64,000 nt of DNA from positions 221,216,001 through 221,280,000 of the forward strand of contig CM126212.1 in the NCBI GenBank assembly GCA_052327205.1, given 5' to 3'. The notes beneath the pieces are model-generated. The model ran no database searches. It was not told the origin of the DNA and was given only the letters and a program-made list of their open reading frames with translations. The translations under genes were made by a program, and so were the position numbers. Below, one piece after another: positions 12,275-26,349 of this stretch. Source of the DNA: Somniosus microcephalus (taxonomy: Eukaryota). Positions within the stretch are counted from its first letter, which is position 1; every line of letters starts with the position of its first letter.

Positions 12275-13059
12275 GGCCCAGAAATTCGGGTCGGGGGCTT
12301 CCCGCGGGTGCAAGCACTCGACCTGCACTTAACTTGCGCGCCGGCCGTTGAGCTGTGGGCCCGCGTGGAATTCCGATCCAGGGCCTGGTCCAGCTGCCGG
12401 CGTGCAGTGCTTGCGTATCCCAGGGGCACAGTTAGTTTGATGCGGCCCCTGGGATCACGTGGGCCATGGAGAGCCAATCGGAGCAGGGAATGCTCCATTC
12501 ATAAGATTGACAGGAAGACCTGTCAAAACTTATAAATACTACGGTCCCAAAATAGCACTAAATCTTCAAATACATTTTTTTTTTTAAATCACATTTTTAA
12601 ATAAACTATAAATTACATGAAATAACTATTTTAAACAATAATTTAAATTTTTGAAAAAAATCATTTTATTTTCTAACAGGGCTAAAAATAAACGTATTTA
12701 AGTATAATAAACCTGTGGAAAAAATGTTTTAATTTTTAATTAATTCAGCACTTACCTTGTAAAAAGCAGGCCTTACGCCTGCTTTTTACATGTCTAAATT
12801 CTGCAGACTTACCCTCCCGGGAAAAGCTGTGTTTATAAAAAATAAAAAAAAATAAAAAATTTTTTTTAACAACCTAAGTTCGATGCGCACACGCAGCCCC
12901 TCCTGCGCACGTGTTCGACCTCTGAACCCCTTCGGTCAGGGGAACGGAAGTGCCGGTTTCCCGCGCATGTGCAGTGCATGCAAGAAACCGGCACTTCCAT
13001 CGGGCCTACGGGTGAGTACCCCGTGCGTACTCACCCGCGGAGACCCGAAGTTCTGGGCC
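12275..13059. mobile_element. Harbinger-type MITE
   Basis: TIR GGCCCAGAAATTCGGGTC / GACCCGAAGTTCTGGGCC, 3-bp TSD CAA, GC-rich ends with AT-rich core. Confidence 0.9.
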
Positions 13060-14049
13060 CAAGTGACTATTGTAGTACAGATGCTAGCATTTTCAACAGA
13101 GGCTTCCCAAAAGCTATGGAGTGGTACGTGGAACTTACTATGGATGTAAATGTAAGATAACGCACACTGCTGGAGAAGTTATGAAACATGCACACAATAG
13201 ACCAATATATACAGCTGATGGTATAAAAAAGGAAAAGATTTGTGTATAATTATGAGCTAGTCACTGGAGCTATCCAATATAGTGAGCTGTAATTAGCCAA
13301 TCTAATCAAAGATTATAATGCTCTGGAAGGCATTTAGTTGTGAGTAGAAACAGATTGTTTTAACCTTGTGTAGCATCTAATTACGTTTGGGGTTATTTTC
13401 TAAACTGATTTTGAAGTTTGACTCATCCAAAACATGAAGTAAAAAGAAACACTTGCACGTATATGGCACCTTAGCACATCTCTTGAGAACATCTCCAAGT
13501 GCTTCAGGTACAATGAATTGCTTTGAAGTGCAGTAACTTGTTGGGCTGGATTTTCATTGAGGAGTCGGGTACAAGGCGGGACTACAACTTTCAGGGTTGC
13601 AGTCCCGCCTCCATCGAATTCTAGCCAACCCACGCGATTTTGACTTGATTGACCTTGTTGAGCCCGCCCAGTGGGCTCAGCAAGCCAATTAAGGACCACC
13701 CGGCAACAGGTGACATCACAGACTGATATTTCATCTGTCAAGATCTTTTGACAGATGAAATATCAGCGTTTCACAGCTGCTTGAAGCTGTCAAACACTGA
13801 CAATCTGTACTCCAGGTTAATTCCTTCCTCTCAGGATGATTTAGAGATCTCCCCGGAACAGAAAGCTGAATGCTGCAGATTTTGACAGCTGGCTGCCATT
13901 CTGCTTTCCGTGCCAGTGAGATGAGGGACTCCCGAGACCTGAAGGAAGGAAGGTTGTAAAGGTAAGTAAAGGTTAGTAGAACTTCTTTAAACACTTTACA
14001 CAGACCAAACACACTTACATCTGCACTCATGCACCCATCACTCACCTGA

Positions 14050-14397
14050 GAGCCCCAGGTGGGCAGAGGAAATGCTTCAAGGACACCCTCAAAGCCTCCT
14101 TGGAAAAAGTGTAACATCCACACCGACACCTGGGAATCCTTGGCCCAAGACCACACAAAGTGGAAGAGAAGCATCTGGGAAGGCGCCGAACACCTCGAGC
14201 CTCTTCGCCGGGAGCAAGCGCAGGCAGCACAAGGAGCGCACGTCAACCCAAGCACCCCACCCACCTGCCCCTTCAATCACCGTCTGCCCCACCTATGGCA
14301 GAGATTGTAGGTCCCGCATTGGACTCATCAGTCACCTGCAAACTCATTTTTAATGTGGAAGCAAGCCATCCTCGGTTCCGAGGGACTGCTGCCTAAG
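14050..14397 (+). mobile_element. RTE-clade LINE 3' fragment
   Basis: Peptides WESLAQD..KW and CPTYGRDCRSRIGLISH. 10-bp TSD ACTCACCTGA (14040-49/14398-407). Confidence 0.92.
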
Positions 14398-14602
14398 ACT
14401 CACCTGAACACCGGACATCTCGACCCCTTCATCCCGACGGCCCACCTCGCTGACTTGGCATGGTTTGGAGCCATTGGGAATCCCACATTTCAACAATAAA
14501 AATAGGCAGTTAATTGGCACTAATCCCCTTCCCGCCTCAGGGAGGCGGGTCCCAGTGTGGGGCGGGGACCTGCCTCCTTTGAAACTGGCATGGAGGTGGG
14601 TT

Positions 14603-15465
14603 ACATAGATACATAGAAGATAGGAGCAGGAGTAGGCCATTCGGCCCCTCGAGCCTGTGCCACCATTCAATGAGATCATGGCTGATCATCCAAATTCAGT
14701 ACCCTGTTCCTGACTTCTCTCCATATCCCTTGATCCCTTTAGCCTTAAGAAATATATCCAACTCCTTCTTGAATCTATTTAATGAATTGGCCTCTACGGC
14801 CTTCTGTGGTAGAGAATTCCACAGGTTCACCACTCTCTGGGTGAAGAAATTCCTCCTCATCTCTGTCCTAAATGGCTTACCCCTTATCCTTAGACTGTGA
14901 CCCCTGGTTCTGGACTCCCCGACCATCGGGAACATCCTTCCCGCATCTAGTCTGTCTAGTCCTTTTAGAATTTTATATGTTTCAATAAGATCCCCTCTCA
15001 TTCTTCTAAACTCCAGCGAGTATAAGCCCAATCGACCCAATCTCTCCTCATATGTCATTCCTGCCATCCCAGGTATCAGCCTGGTGAATCTTCGCTGCAC
15101 TCCCTCCATGGTAAGAGCATCCTTCCTCAGATAAGGCGACCAAAATTGCACACAATACTCAAGATGTGGTCTCACCAAGGCCCTGTACAACTGCAGCAAG
15201 ACATCCTTGTTCCTGTACTCAAACCCTCTCGCTACGAAGGCCATTTGCCTTCTTAACCGCCTGCTGCACCTGCATGCTTACCTTCAGCGACTGGTGCACA
15301 AGGACACCCAGGTCTCGTTGCACTTCCCCTTCTCCCAATTTATTGCCATTCAGATAATAATCTGCCTTCCTGTTTTTGACACCAAAGTGGATAACCTCAC
15401 ATTTATCCACATTATATTGCATCTGCCATGCTTCTGCCCAATCACCCAACCTGTCCAAATCATAC
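14603..15465 (-). mobile_element. CR1 LINE 3' fragment
   Basis: Peptides [15 protein letters not shown] and RRNFFTQRVV. TSD TGGGTT (14597-602/15466-71). Confidence 0.94.
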
Positions 15466-15799
15466 TGGGTTGGGGGGCGGGATGGCTTCGGGACCCCCGA
15501 TTTCGGGATTTTAAACCCCCACACGCCTCCAATCCCGACTCCACGGCCCAATGAAAATCCAGCCCACTAAGTAGGAAGCGTGCGAACCATTTTTGCACAC
15601 AAGATCTTGCACAAAGAGGACTGAGATGAATGGTTTGGCCGAGGGAAGAATGTTGGCCAGGGCAACTCCAAATAGTGTCACGGCATCCTTAATGTCCACC
15701 TGAAATACCAGAAGAGGCAGATGATGCCTTGGTTTTAACATCTCATCTGAAGAATGTCACTGCTGATAATAAAATGTCAGTCTAGATTATTTTCTCAGA

Positions 15800-16858
15800 G
15801 CATCGGGATAAATGGGTCATTTTCCAGTTGGCAAACAGTAACTAGTGGGGTGCCACAGGGATGAGTGCTGGGGCCTCAACTATTTACAATCTATATCAAT
15901 GACTTGGATGAAGGGACCGAGTGTAATGTAGCCAAATTTGCTGATGATACAAAGATGGGTGGGAAAGCAAGTTGTGCAGAGGACACAAAGAATCTGCAAA
16001 GGGATATGGACAGACTAAGTGAGTGGGCAAACATTTGGCAGATGGAGTATAATGTGGGAAAGTGTGAGGTTATCCACTTTGGTAAGAAAAATAAAACAGC
16101 AAATTATTATTTAAATGGAGAGAGATTACAAAATGCTGCAGTACAGAGGGACCTGGGGGTCCTTGTGCATGAAACACAAAAAGTTAGCATGCAGGTACAG
16201 CAAATAATCAGGAAGGCAAATGGAATGTTGGCCTTTATTGCAAGGGGTCTGGAGTATAAAAGCAGGGAAGTCCTGCTACAATTGTACAGGATATTGGTGA
16301 GACCACACCTGGAGTACTGTGTACAGTTTTGGCCTCCTTATTTAAGGAGGGATATTCTTACATTGAAGGCAGCCCAGAGAAGGTTCACATGGTTGATTCC
16401 TGAGATGAAGGGGTTGACTTACGACTAAAGGTTGAGCAGGTTGGGCCTATACTCATTGGAGTTTAGAAAAATGAGAGGGGATCTTATTGAAACATACAAG
16501 ATACTGAGGGGGCTCGACAAGGTAGATGCAGAGAGGATGTTTCCCCTCATGGGGGTATCTAGAACTAGGGGGCATAGTTTCAGAATAAGGACCCATTTAA
16601 AACTGAAATGAGGAAGAATTTCTTCTCTCAGGGTCATAAATCTGTGGAATTCTCTGCCCCAGAGAGCTGTGGAGACTGGGTCATTGAATATATTTAAGGT
16701 GGAGATAGATTTTTGAACAATAAGGGTGTGAAGGTTTATGGGGAGCGGGCAGGGAAATGGAGCTGAACTCCAAGATCAGATCAGCCGTGATCTCATTAAA
16801 TGGCAGAGCAGGCTCGAGGGGCCAAATGGCCTACTCCTCCTATTGCTTATGTTCTTAT
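15800..16858 (+). mobile_element. CR1 LINE 3' fragment
   Basis: ORF 15865-16428 (FADD, RPHLEYC) followed by a CTTATGTT tail. Confidence 0.93.
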
Positions 16859-17977
16859 GCTCAAGTCTTGGAATGCTGCATGAAGTCACAATCTTCAGAC
16901 TCAAGTGAGATTGCTACCAACAGAGCCAAGTAAACACAGCAGGTAGTTTGATTCGGCTGTCAGAATAGGAGTTGAAGCTGAAGTCTTAGTACAAGACCCT
17001 CTCTGAAGCCTTAACTCATTTCCATACACTTATTTCTTTTGCTGCAATTTGGATTTGGGTCTTTCTGAGTGAACAAAACATAGTTTTCATTTGGCCTTGC
17101 ACACTTGAACAAACCACGTTAAATCAACATCAGGTTTTGACCTTGACATGTACTTCTCACCACTGTGCATCCATTATATTCGTCATTATTTATTTGTGGT
17201 CTGAGATGAATATACTTCTTCAATGGCCCATTATTCAAAGACAGTGTAGATTATAAGCAAAGCCTTGCTGCGAGTTCCAAATAAAAAAATATCAGATGTA
17301 AGCTGTATTCCTTGAGGGAGGTGATTAAATAATAGCATTTTGTTCTTATGCTTGAGACGTGGGCATTGCTGGCAAGGCCGGCATTTATTGCCCTTCAGAA
17401 AGCGGTGGTGAGTCGCCTTCTTACACCACTGCAGCCCCTGTGGGGCAGGTGCTCCCACAGTGCTGTTAGGCAGGGAGTTCCAGGATTTTGACCCAATGGC
17501 AATGAAGGAAGTCAGGATGGTGTGTGACTTGGAGGGGAACTTGTTCCCATGCTCTTGCTGCCCTTGTCCTTCTAGGTGGTGGTGGAGGTCGCAGGTTGTC
17601 TAGGTGCTACTGAAGAAGCCTGGTTGAGTTGCTGCAGTGCAGCCTGTAGATATTAGACACTGCAGCCATGGTGTGCCGGTGGTGGAGGGGTGGATATTTA
17701 AGCTAGTAGGTGAAGTGCTGATCAACCAGACTGCTTTGTCCTGGACGGTATATTTTCCCCTAAATTTCACTGAATTCAAACTTCCTACTCTGAGGAGCTG
17801 CAATAGCTTTTGGGCAGAATCATAGAACCAGAAATGTTTACAGCACAGAAGGAGGCCATTCAGCCCACCATGTCTGTGCCAGCTCGGTGCTACAGCCAAT
17901 CCCTGAAGCATGGGAAATTTAAACACTTGCTTAACTTACTATCCTCTGTATGCCGTTCTGTGTCACGCAATTACTTT

Positions 17978-20768
17978 CAGTAGTGAAAGAGGAGATAGTT
18001 GAGATACTGGATATGATAAAAATTGTTAGAGGAGGTACTAGAAAGGCTGGCTGTACTTAAAGTAGATAAGTCACCAGGTCCAGATGGGATGCATCCTAGG
18101 ATGTTGAGCGAAGTAAAGGTGGAAATTGCGGAGGTACTGGCCATAATCTTCCAGTCCTCCTTAAATATGGGGGTGGTGCCAGAGGACTGGAGAATTGCAA
18201 ATGTTACACCATTGTTCAAAAAAGGGTGTAAGGATAAACTCAACAACTACAGGTCAGTCAGTTTAACCTAGGTAGTGGGGAAGCTTTTAGAAAGGATAAT
18301 CTGGGACAAAAATTAACAGACACTTGGACAAGTGTGGATTAATTAAGGAAAGCCAGCATGGATTTGTTAAAGGCAAATCGTGTTTAACTAACTTGATTGA
18401 GTTTTTTGATGATGTAACAGAGAGGGTTGATGAAGGCAATGCAGTTGATGTCATGTACATGGACTTCCAAAAGGCATTTGATAAAGTGCCACATAATAGG
18501 CTTGCCAGCAAAGTTGAAGCCCATGGAATAAAAGGGACAGTGGCAGCATAGATATGAAATTGGCTAAGTGACAGGAAACAGAGAGTAGTGGTGAACGATT
18601 GTTTATCGGACTGGAGGAAGGTATACAGTGGTGTTCCCCAGGGATCAGTACTAGGACCACTGCTTTTCTTGATATATATTAATGACTTGGATGTGGGTGT
18701 ACAGGGCACAACTTCAAAATTTGCAGATGACACAAAACTTGGAAGGATAGTGAACAGTGAGGAGGACAGTGATAGACTTCAAGAGGACATAGACAGGCTG
18801 GTGGAATGGGTGGACACGTGGCAGATGAAATTTAACACAGAAAAGTGTGAAGTGATACATTTTGGTAGGAAGAACGAGGAGAGGCAATATAAACTAAAGG
18901 GTACAATCCTAAAGGGGGTGCATGAACAGAGAGACCTGGGGGTATGTGTGCACAAAGCGTTGACGATGGCAGGGCAGGTTGAGAAAGCGGTTAAAAAAGC
19001 ATATGGGATATTGGGATTCATAAATAGAGGCATTGAGTACAAAAGCAAGGAAGTTATGATAGTCATGGGGGGAAAATTCAGTATTGCCTCGTTTGGGGCG
19101 CCATTATCAGCCGTGCGCAAAGTTTAGCGCCTGGCGCTAATTATCGCCTACGACAGCAAACTTGGCTTTTATCGCCCCTGGAGGTGATTGAAGCGCTAAA
19201 TTAGGCGCTTCACACCTGTCTTAAGGCGCAAAGGCCAAGGAGCGAGGCGTTACCTCAGAGTGCTGGCGAAGCAAGGAAGGGCAAATCAAAATGAACCTGC
19301 ATAGTGCTGCTCAGTACCCAAAACTCCTTCACACAGCGTTGAATCTCTCCAGAAGTCTCTCTCTCTCTCTCTCAGAATCCGTGGTACAAAAATGTCACCA
19401 ACAAAAAAAGGCAGGAAACGGTCGCCTTTAAATAGCGCCCCCCCAGTCCCTTTCTGACTGCAAAACGCTCCCCTCAACCTGTCGTTGCTAGCAGCAGGCG
19501 GTAAGGCAGGGGGCGCCACTCAATATCCGGTCCGGGACACTACCGGGGCGTTGCGCACTCGACTGACGTCACGATCTGCCGGCGCAGGAGATCGTGGCGG
19601 TAGTGTTTAGCGCCGCCGCAAAATGTCTAGTTAATTTCGCGAGCGGCGCAAACATCGCCGCGCTCAGGCGCCAGTTGCTTTGCACCCCATTAGTGCCCTC
19701 TTAAGGTGCCAACGGGAGGCGCAAACAACTGAATTTTTCCTCCATAGAGTCATTACGGCACAGAAGGAGGCCATTCGGCCCATTGAGTCCGTGCTGGCTC
19801 TCTGTAGAGCAATCCAGTCAGCCCCACTCTATCCCTGTAGCCCTGCAAGTTTATTTCCCTCACGTGCCTATCCAATTTCCTTTTGAAATCATTGATCATC
19901 TCCGCTTCCACCACCCTCGTCGGCTGCATAAAAAAATTCTTCCTCACATCCCCCCTGTGTCTCTTGCCCAAAACCTTAAACCTGTGTCCCCTAGCCCTTG
20001 CACCATCAGCTAATGGGAACAGCCTTTCTCTGTCTACCTTATCCAAACCCATCATAATCTTGTATACCTCTATCAAATCTCCCCTCAACCTCCTTTGCTC
20101 TGGAGAACAACCCCAGCTTCTCCAACCTAACCTTGTAGCTAAAATCCCTCATCCCTGGAACCATTCTGGTAAATCTCCTCTGCAACCTATATAAAACACT
20201 GGTTTGGCCTCAACTGGAGTATTGTGTCCAATTCTGGGCACCACACTTTAGGAAGGATGTGAAGGCCTTAGAGAGGGTGCAGAAAAGATTTACAAGAATG
20301 GTTCCAGGGATGAGGGACTTCAGTTACGTGGATAGACTGGAGAAGCTGGGGTTGTTCTCCTTAGAGCAGAGAAGGTTGAGAGGAGATTTGATAGAGGTGT
20401 TCAAAATCATAAGGGGTCTAGACAGAGTAGATAGAGAGAAACTGTTCCCATTGGCTGAAGGGTCGAGAACCAGAGGACACAGATTTAAGGTGACTGGCAG
20501 AAGAACCAAAGGCGACATGAGGGAAAACTTTTTTATGCAGCGAGTGGTTAGGATCTGGAATGCACTGCCTGTGAGGGTGATGGAGGCAGATTCAATCGTG
20601 GATTTCAAAAGGGAATTGGATAAGCACCTGAAGGAAAAAAATTGCAGGGCTACGGGGAGAGGTTGGGGGAGTGGGACTGGCTGAAGTGCTCTTGCAGAGA
20701 GCCGGCACGGGCTCGACGGGCTGAATGGCCTCCTTCTGTGCTGTAACCATTCTATGATTCTATTCAAT
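17978..20768 (+). mobile_element. CR1 LINE interrupted at ~19059-20189 by an antisense CR1 3' fragment that itself carries a MITE
   Basis: ORFs 18023, 18324, 18588 and 20259 are consecutive ORF2 segments; ends in a (TTCTATGA) tail. Confidence 0.92.
19067..19742. mobile_element. Harbinger-type MITE
   Basis: GGGGGGAAAATTCAG...CTGAATTTTTCCTC ends, TSD CAT, repeated GCGCTAA motifs. Confidence 0.85.
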
Positions 20769-21259
20769 GATTCAGTGCGTGAACAGAGGTTTGTTCTGAG
20801 TTGGTGAATGACTATTTTACTAATTCATAAAATGGTGAGGTTTAACAATTCTGAAATTCAGACTGAAATCTGCGTTGGACTCTACCAGTGCATCAATGTG
20901 AGATGTTTCTGGTACAGTCTAGAAGCTTGTTGAAGGATCCATCTTTCCAGTTTCCTGCCTCAAAATGAATTTTAAAATAACACAAATATTTACATGTTGG
21001 CTTAACACTTGATGCTTGTTGATATCACTCATAAATATTGTAATTTAAATCAATCAATACTGCAGTCCTCGTATATAACTGTTTCAATCTGTCTGAATAC
21101 TGATGTGGTGAAGCTGGATGGTGTAATCAGTGGTTTGTTTAGGTGCTGAGACATTCAGACATGAGCCTACAGGACACCCGAGATCACTGATTTTAATATG
21201 CTTGACCCAGTTTCAGATCGGTCATGTTCCCCAAATAGTTTGTGTAAATGAGGCCCTTT

Positions 21260-21630
21260 AACATGACCAGTGTCGCACAGCACAGAAAGAGGCCATTCGG
21301 CTCATTGTGCCTGTGCCTAGCCTTTGAGCTACCCAATTAGTGCCAATCCCCCCTGCTCTTTCCCCATAGCCCTGCAAATCTATCCTTTTCAAGTATTTAT
21401 CCAATTCCCTTTTGAAAGTTACTGTTGAATCTGCTTCCACCGCCCTTTCAGGCAGTGAGTTCCAGATCACAACAACTCGCTGCGTTAAAAAAAAAAACAG
21501 AAATTCATCTCCCCCCAGATCCTAAATCTGTGTCCTCTGGTTACTGATCCTCCTGCCAATGGAAACAGTTTCTTGCCATCTACACTATTAAAACCCTTCA
21601 TAATTTTGAACACCTTCTTTAAATCTTCCA
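21260..21630 (-). mobile_element. CR1 3' end fragment
   Basis: Peptide IWNSLPERAVEAD..FKRELDKYL plus 3' UTR. Confidence 0.85.
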
Positions 21631-22424
21631 TGTGCTAACAGTCTTTTTATTTAGTTTAATTTTTTTACTGTTTGACGTTGCCCAACACGTGTGTCACCCA
21701 TTAGGGTTGGGCAATAAAAGCTGGCCTTGCCAGCGACGCCCACATCCCATGAATGAATAAATAAAAAAAAGTATTCAAGAAGTTGTTTGCTTTTGCAGTT
21801 GTTGCCAGAGGCCTCAAGTACTGCTATGAAATATTCATCTGCTGTATTTATTACTGTAAGTCTAAATCTGCAGTCTTCTCTCCCTCAATGTGTTTAGTTT
21901 GCCGCCTTTATTTTTCTCTGGGTCCCTCGAGTTCTAATTGTAGCACTTAATCAGAACTCGCTCTTTGCAAACAGGCTACCCTGCGAAGAAGCGACCTTTA
22001 TTATAATTGTCTTGTTAATTGCCGCTGACAGTAGATGAAAACCATGTGTAAAACAAAGCCAAGCTGCTGGTTGTTTTTATTCTTAACTGGGAAAATGCTT
22101 AATTAATGTTACAAAAAAAAAGGCAGCTTTATTTGTAAAAAAAAAATTTTTTTTTAATTTTTTATACATAGTGGCAGATGAATGTAAGGTCAGTGCTTTT
22201 CCCAGCATGTGTCTCCAGCGTGCACGGAAGTGGAGACTCATTAAGGAGCTTCTAGGATGCAAGCCTTTAATCGCATGCTTTGAAGCTTCTGAGAAGGTGT
22301 CACAACACTGTGCAGTTAATGGTTCTAAAATTACACAGCTCGGAGTGAGCACCCATCATTTAATTTCTGAAGCTAGCTGGTGACCCATATGTCTTATTTT
22401 TTCATACATATATAAAAGGAAATG

Positions 22425-23035
22425 AGAGAAAGAATTTGCATTTATATAGAGCACCTTTCACGACCTCAGGACGTCCCAAGATGCTTCACAGTCAATGACG
22501 CACATTGGAAGTGGAGTCATCGCAGTCATGTAACAAATGCGGCAGCCAATTTGCGCAAAGCCAGGTCCCACAAAGAGCAATGAAATAAATGACCAGGTTG
22601 TCTGTTTTAGGATTCATGTTGGCCAGGACACTCTGACAACTTCCCAGCTCTTCATATAAAGAAAGACTTGCATTTCTATAGCGCCTTTCACGACCACCGG
22701 ACGTCTCAAAGCGCTTCACAGCCAATGAAGTACTTTTTGAAGTGCAGTCACTGTTGTGATGTAGGAAACGCGGCAGCCAATTTGCGCACAGCAAGCTCCC
22801 ACAAACAGCAAAGTGACAATAACCAGATAATCTGTTTTTGTTATGCCATGGGATCTTTTACGTCCAACTGAGAGAGCAGATGGGGCCTCGGTTTAACATC
22901 CCGTACGAAAGACGGCACACTCCGACAGTGGAGCATCAGCTTAGATTATGTGTTCAAGTCTCTGGAGTGGGACTTTGAACCCACGACCTTCTGGCCCAGA
23001 GGCGAGACTGCTGCCCACTGAGCCACGGCTGACAA
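22425..23035 (-). mobile_element. Two tandem Deu-domain SINE fragments (SacSINE1/AmnSINE1-like)
   Basis: GGGGCCTCGGTTTAAC...GAAAGACGGCAC..CCGACAGTG core and an L2-like tail. The same family occurs at ~45270-45707 and ~62940-63561. Confidence 0.75.
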
Positions 23036-23654
23036 CTTATTTTGTTTGATTGTTTTCTGTTTGACGCTGTTCAGACTCGACATGCGTGTCACCCATTAGT
23101 GATGGGCAGTAAATGCTGGCCTTGCCAGCGATGCCCACATCCCATGAATGAATAAATAAACTTGTATGTATGAGGATATCTCATGCTGACTGTGGAGTTG
23201 GGGGAGCAGGCCGACTCCTCCTGGCTCCAGAGTCAGGTTTTATCATCCCTGCTCATCGCTGCCCAATTACTGTCAGGGGACCTCAAACAGGTGCCATGCT
23301 TCTCATTTACATATTTAACAGACTTATCACCTGTTTTAGGCAGCCACCAGAAGATGCCTGAAAAATGGGTCAGGAGTGCTTGGGGCGCAGGACATTGATC
23401 CCCACAATTGGACCACATCGCGCCCGTTTTACGGAACGAGGTCCAACTCTTACCCCAATTTCTCTCTCAGACTAATCATGCCATTAAATGGTTTAGTTAA
23501 TATCAAGCAAACGCCGTAGCAGTCAACACTGTTGGAATGCTTATTGCAGTTGCCTGTTGCTACAATTATAAACAATCTTTTCTTTCAAACAAAATCTAAA
23601 ATGAAGTTGTGCAAACCACACCACGGCAACTTTCACATCAGCTCAAACATAACT

Positions 23655-23860
23655 CAAAAACCAACACACGGCAGAAACCAACACACGCCAGAAACCAACG
23701 CACGCCAAAAACCAACGCACGCCAAAAACCAACGCACGCCAAAAACCAACGCACGCCAAAAACCAACGCACGCCAGAAACCAACGCACGCCAGAAACCAA
23801 CGCACGCCAAAAACCAACACACGCCAGAAACCAACACACGCCAGAAACCAACACACGCCA
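23655..23860. repeat. 17-bp minisatellite (GCCARAAACCAACRCAC), about 12 copies
   Basis: Direct 17-bp periodicity. Confidence 0.95.
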
Positions 23861-24019
23861 GCCGAGGTTTCAGCTGCAGCCTCGTTTCTCGCTGCTTCAC
23901 CTGTTCAACCTGCCCAGGACAGTGACACTGCCCCGTCAACATTAGCAAGATGAGTTACTTGGGGATGGTACAGCTATCAGAGAAAAGGGGCAATTGGCTT
24001 TCAGTATGAAAAGGATCCA

Positions 24020-25820
24020 GATGGTCACCTCCTTTTCCAGTACATTGATGTCTGTATCGGTGCCGTTTCCTGCTCTCGCCCCAAACTGGAAAATGTCTTC
24101 AACTTTGCTTCCAAGTTTCACCCCTCCCATCTCTGACTCTTTGCTTCCCTTCCTCGACTTCTCTATCTCCATTCCTGGGGCTAGGCTGTCAACCAATATC
24201 TACTGAAAGCTCACTGACTCCCACAGCTACCTTGATTACACTTCCTCCCACCCTGCTTCCTGCAAAGACTCTATTCCATTCTCCCAGTTTCTCCATCTCC
24301 GTTGCATCTGTTCTGACAATGCCACCTTCCACATCAGTGCTTCCAGTATGTCCTCCTTTTTCCTCAACCAAGGATTCTCCTCCACTGTGGTTGACAGAGC
24401 CCTTGACTGTGTCCGTCCCACTTCCCGCACTGCTGCCCTCACCCCTTCCCCTCTCTCCCAGAACCACAATAGAGTCCCCTTTGTCTTCAACTTCCACCCC
24501 ATCAGACTCAACATTCAATAGATCATCCTCCGCCATTTCTGCCACCACCAAGCACATTTTCCCCTCCCCTTTCAGCATTCTGAAAGGACCGTTGTCTCTG
24601 CGTCACCCTGGTCCATTCTTCCATCACCCCCAACACCCGCTCCACTTCCTATGGTACCTTCCCATGCAAGTGCAGGAGATGCAACACCTGCCCTTTCACC
24701 TCCTCCCTTCCCACAGTCCAGGGTCCCAAACACTCCTTCCAGGTGAAACAGTGATTAACTTGTACTTCTTTCAATTTAGTATACTGTATTCGCTCCTCTA
24801 CCTTGGGGCGACCAAACGCTAATTGGGTAATCACGTTGCTGAACACCTCCTGACATGAATCAGTCATTCATGAAAGAAAGACTTATGAAATAATACTGAG
24901 TGGCCTACGGGTGGCGCTGTCCAGGGAGAGTATAAATACTCGGGCACGGGCCCAGCTTGTGCAGGACATTCTTAACAGGAACTAGTGAAGGACACAACTA
25001 GACCTTCATGTTGTAAAACAGTTGATTAAAGCTTTGTTTAACGCTTAGACCAAGTGCCTAGTAGTTTTCTTGCGTCTCCTCCATTCAGTCTGCAAGCATG
25101 ACCCCGAGCTTCCGGTTGCTAACCGTTTTAATTCTCCGTCCCACTCCCACTCTGACCTCTCTGCCCTTGGCCTCTTACACTGTTCCAATGAAGCTCAACG
25201 TAAGCTCGAGGAACAACACCTCATCTTTCAATTAGGCACTTTACAACCTTCCGGACTCAAAATTGATTTCAGCAATTTCAGATCATAACCATTGCTCCTA
25301 TTTTTTCGGACAGCAGTTGTTGGTAATGGTTCTGCTGTTGCAATTTACAGCTCCTCTTTTTGTTTCTTTACTTGTCCCATTACCACTCCCTTCTGCCTTG
25401 CACCAATTTGTTACTTAATCTCTCCTGCCTTCCACCCAATCACAGACCTTCTATTTTGTTCTTTCCTCCCTTCCCCCCCCCCCCCCTTTCCTCCCCCATT
25501 TCCCTACCTCAGTACTTGCTTAAAAACTGTTAAATCTCCACTGTGGTTAACCGAGCCCTCGATCGTGACCGTCCCATTTCCCGCATTGCTGCCCTCATCC
25601 CTTCCCCCGCCTCCCAGAACCACAATATGGTCCCCTGCCAGCCCACCAGCCTCAACATTCAATGGATCATCCTCCGCCATTTTCCCCTCCCCTTTCAGTA
25701 TCTGTGGAGAGAGAAACAGAATTAACATTTCATCGACCTGAGACGTTTAACTCTGTTTCTCTCTCCACCGATGCTGCCTGACCTGCTGCGTACTTCCAGC
25801 ATTTTCTGTTCTTATTTCAG
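24020..25820 (+). mobile_element. Decayed Penelope-like element (RT C-terminus, GIY-YIG region, inverted pLTR segment)
   Basis: Peptides LPFLD, DSHSYLDY.SSHP and QRKLEEQHLIFQLGTLQPSGL. Inverted GAGAGAAACAGA...TCTGTTTCTCTC at ~25705-25768. Confidence 0.85.
24851..25077 (+). mobile_element. Solo LTR, CTCF-motif family, copy 2 (inside Penelope)
   Basis: Starts TGACATGAATC; perfect 5-bp TSD CCTCC (24846-50/25078-82). Confidence 0.92.
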
Positions 25821-26349
25821 ATGGTACCCGTGTTCAGTGCCAGTGTGGCAGACACACCGACATGGGCCGGAATTTTCCCGTTGCCCCGTGCGTGCAGGTT
25901 TGGTGGCGGGTCGGCTGTAAATATAGGCAGCGAGTCGGGACCCTGCCGTCATTCCCGCTTCCTCGCGCCTTTTAACTCGGGCGCGTTTCCCAGCGCACCG
26001 CGGACTTGATCGGCTGAGGCGGACGACCTAATTCAACTCATTAACTACTTGTTATCAGACCCTTAAGAGAGTTTTATTAACAGCAGCTTCTGAATTTAAC
26101 GGCCCGAGCACAGGAAGCACGCTGCTCGGGAACCTCGCCTGTGAGGGGGAGGCGGAAGTTCAGTGGCCATTGTGCAAGGGCATTAATTGACAGCTGGGAA
26201 AACCACATAAATATACACACCTTACACCTCATTAGTTGCCTAAAGGAAAGGCTCTTGCTGACTCCATTTTGTGCACTGATTTAGGTTTCTGGAGTTCATT
26301 TCTGCAACCTCAGAAGCCACTTTCAGCACATTGCTAGTCACTATTAGAA

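Larger units (their letters stand above)
13543..15565 (-). mobile_element. Harbinger-type MITE (same family as 60134-60966, inverted) hosting RTE and CR1 insertions
   Basis: TIR GGGCTGGATTTTCATTG / CAATGAAAATCCAGCCC. Colinear with the reverse complement of 60134-60966 once the inserts are removed. Confidence 0.92.

Noticed and set aside
23532-23953. Repetitive ORFs on both strands
   Set aside because: These arise from the stop-free 17-bp minisatellite.
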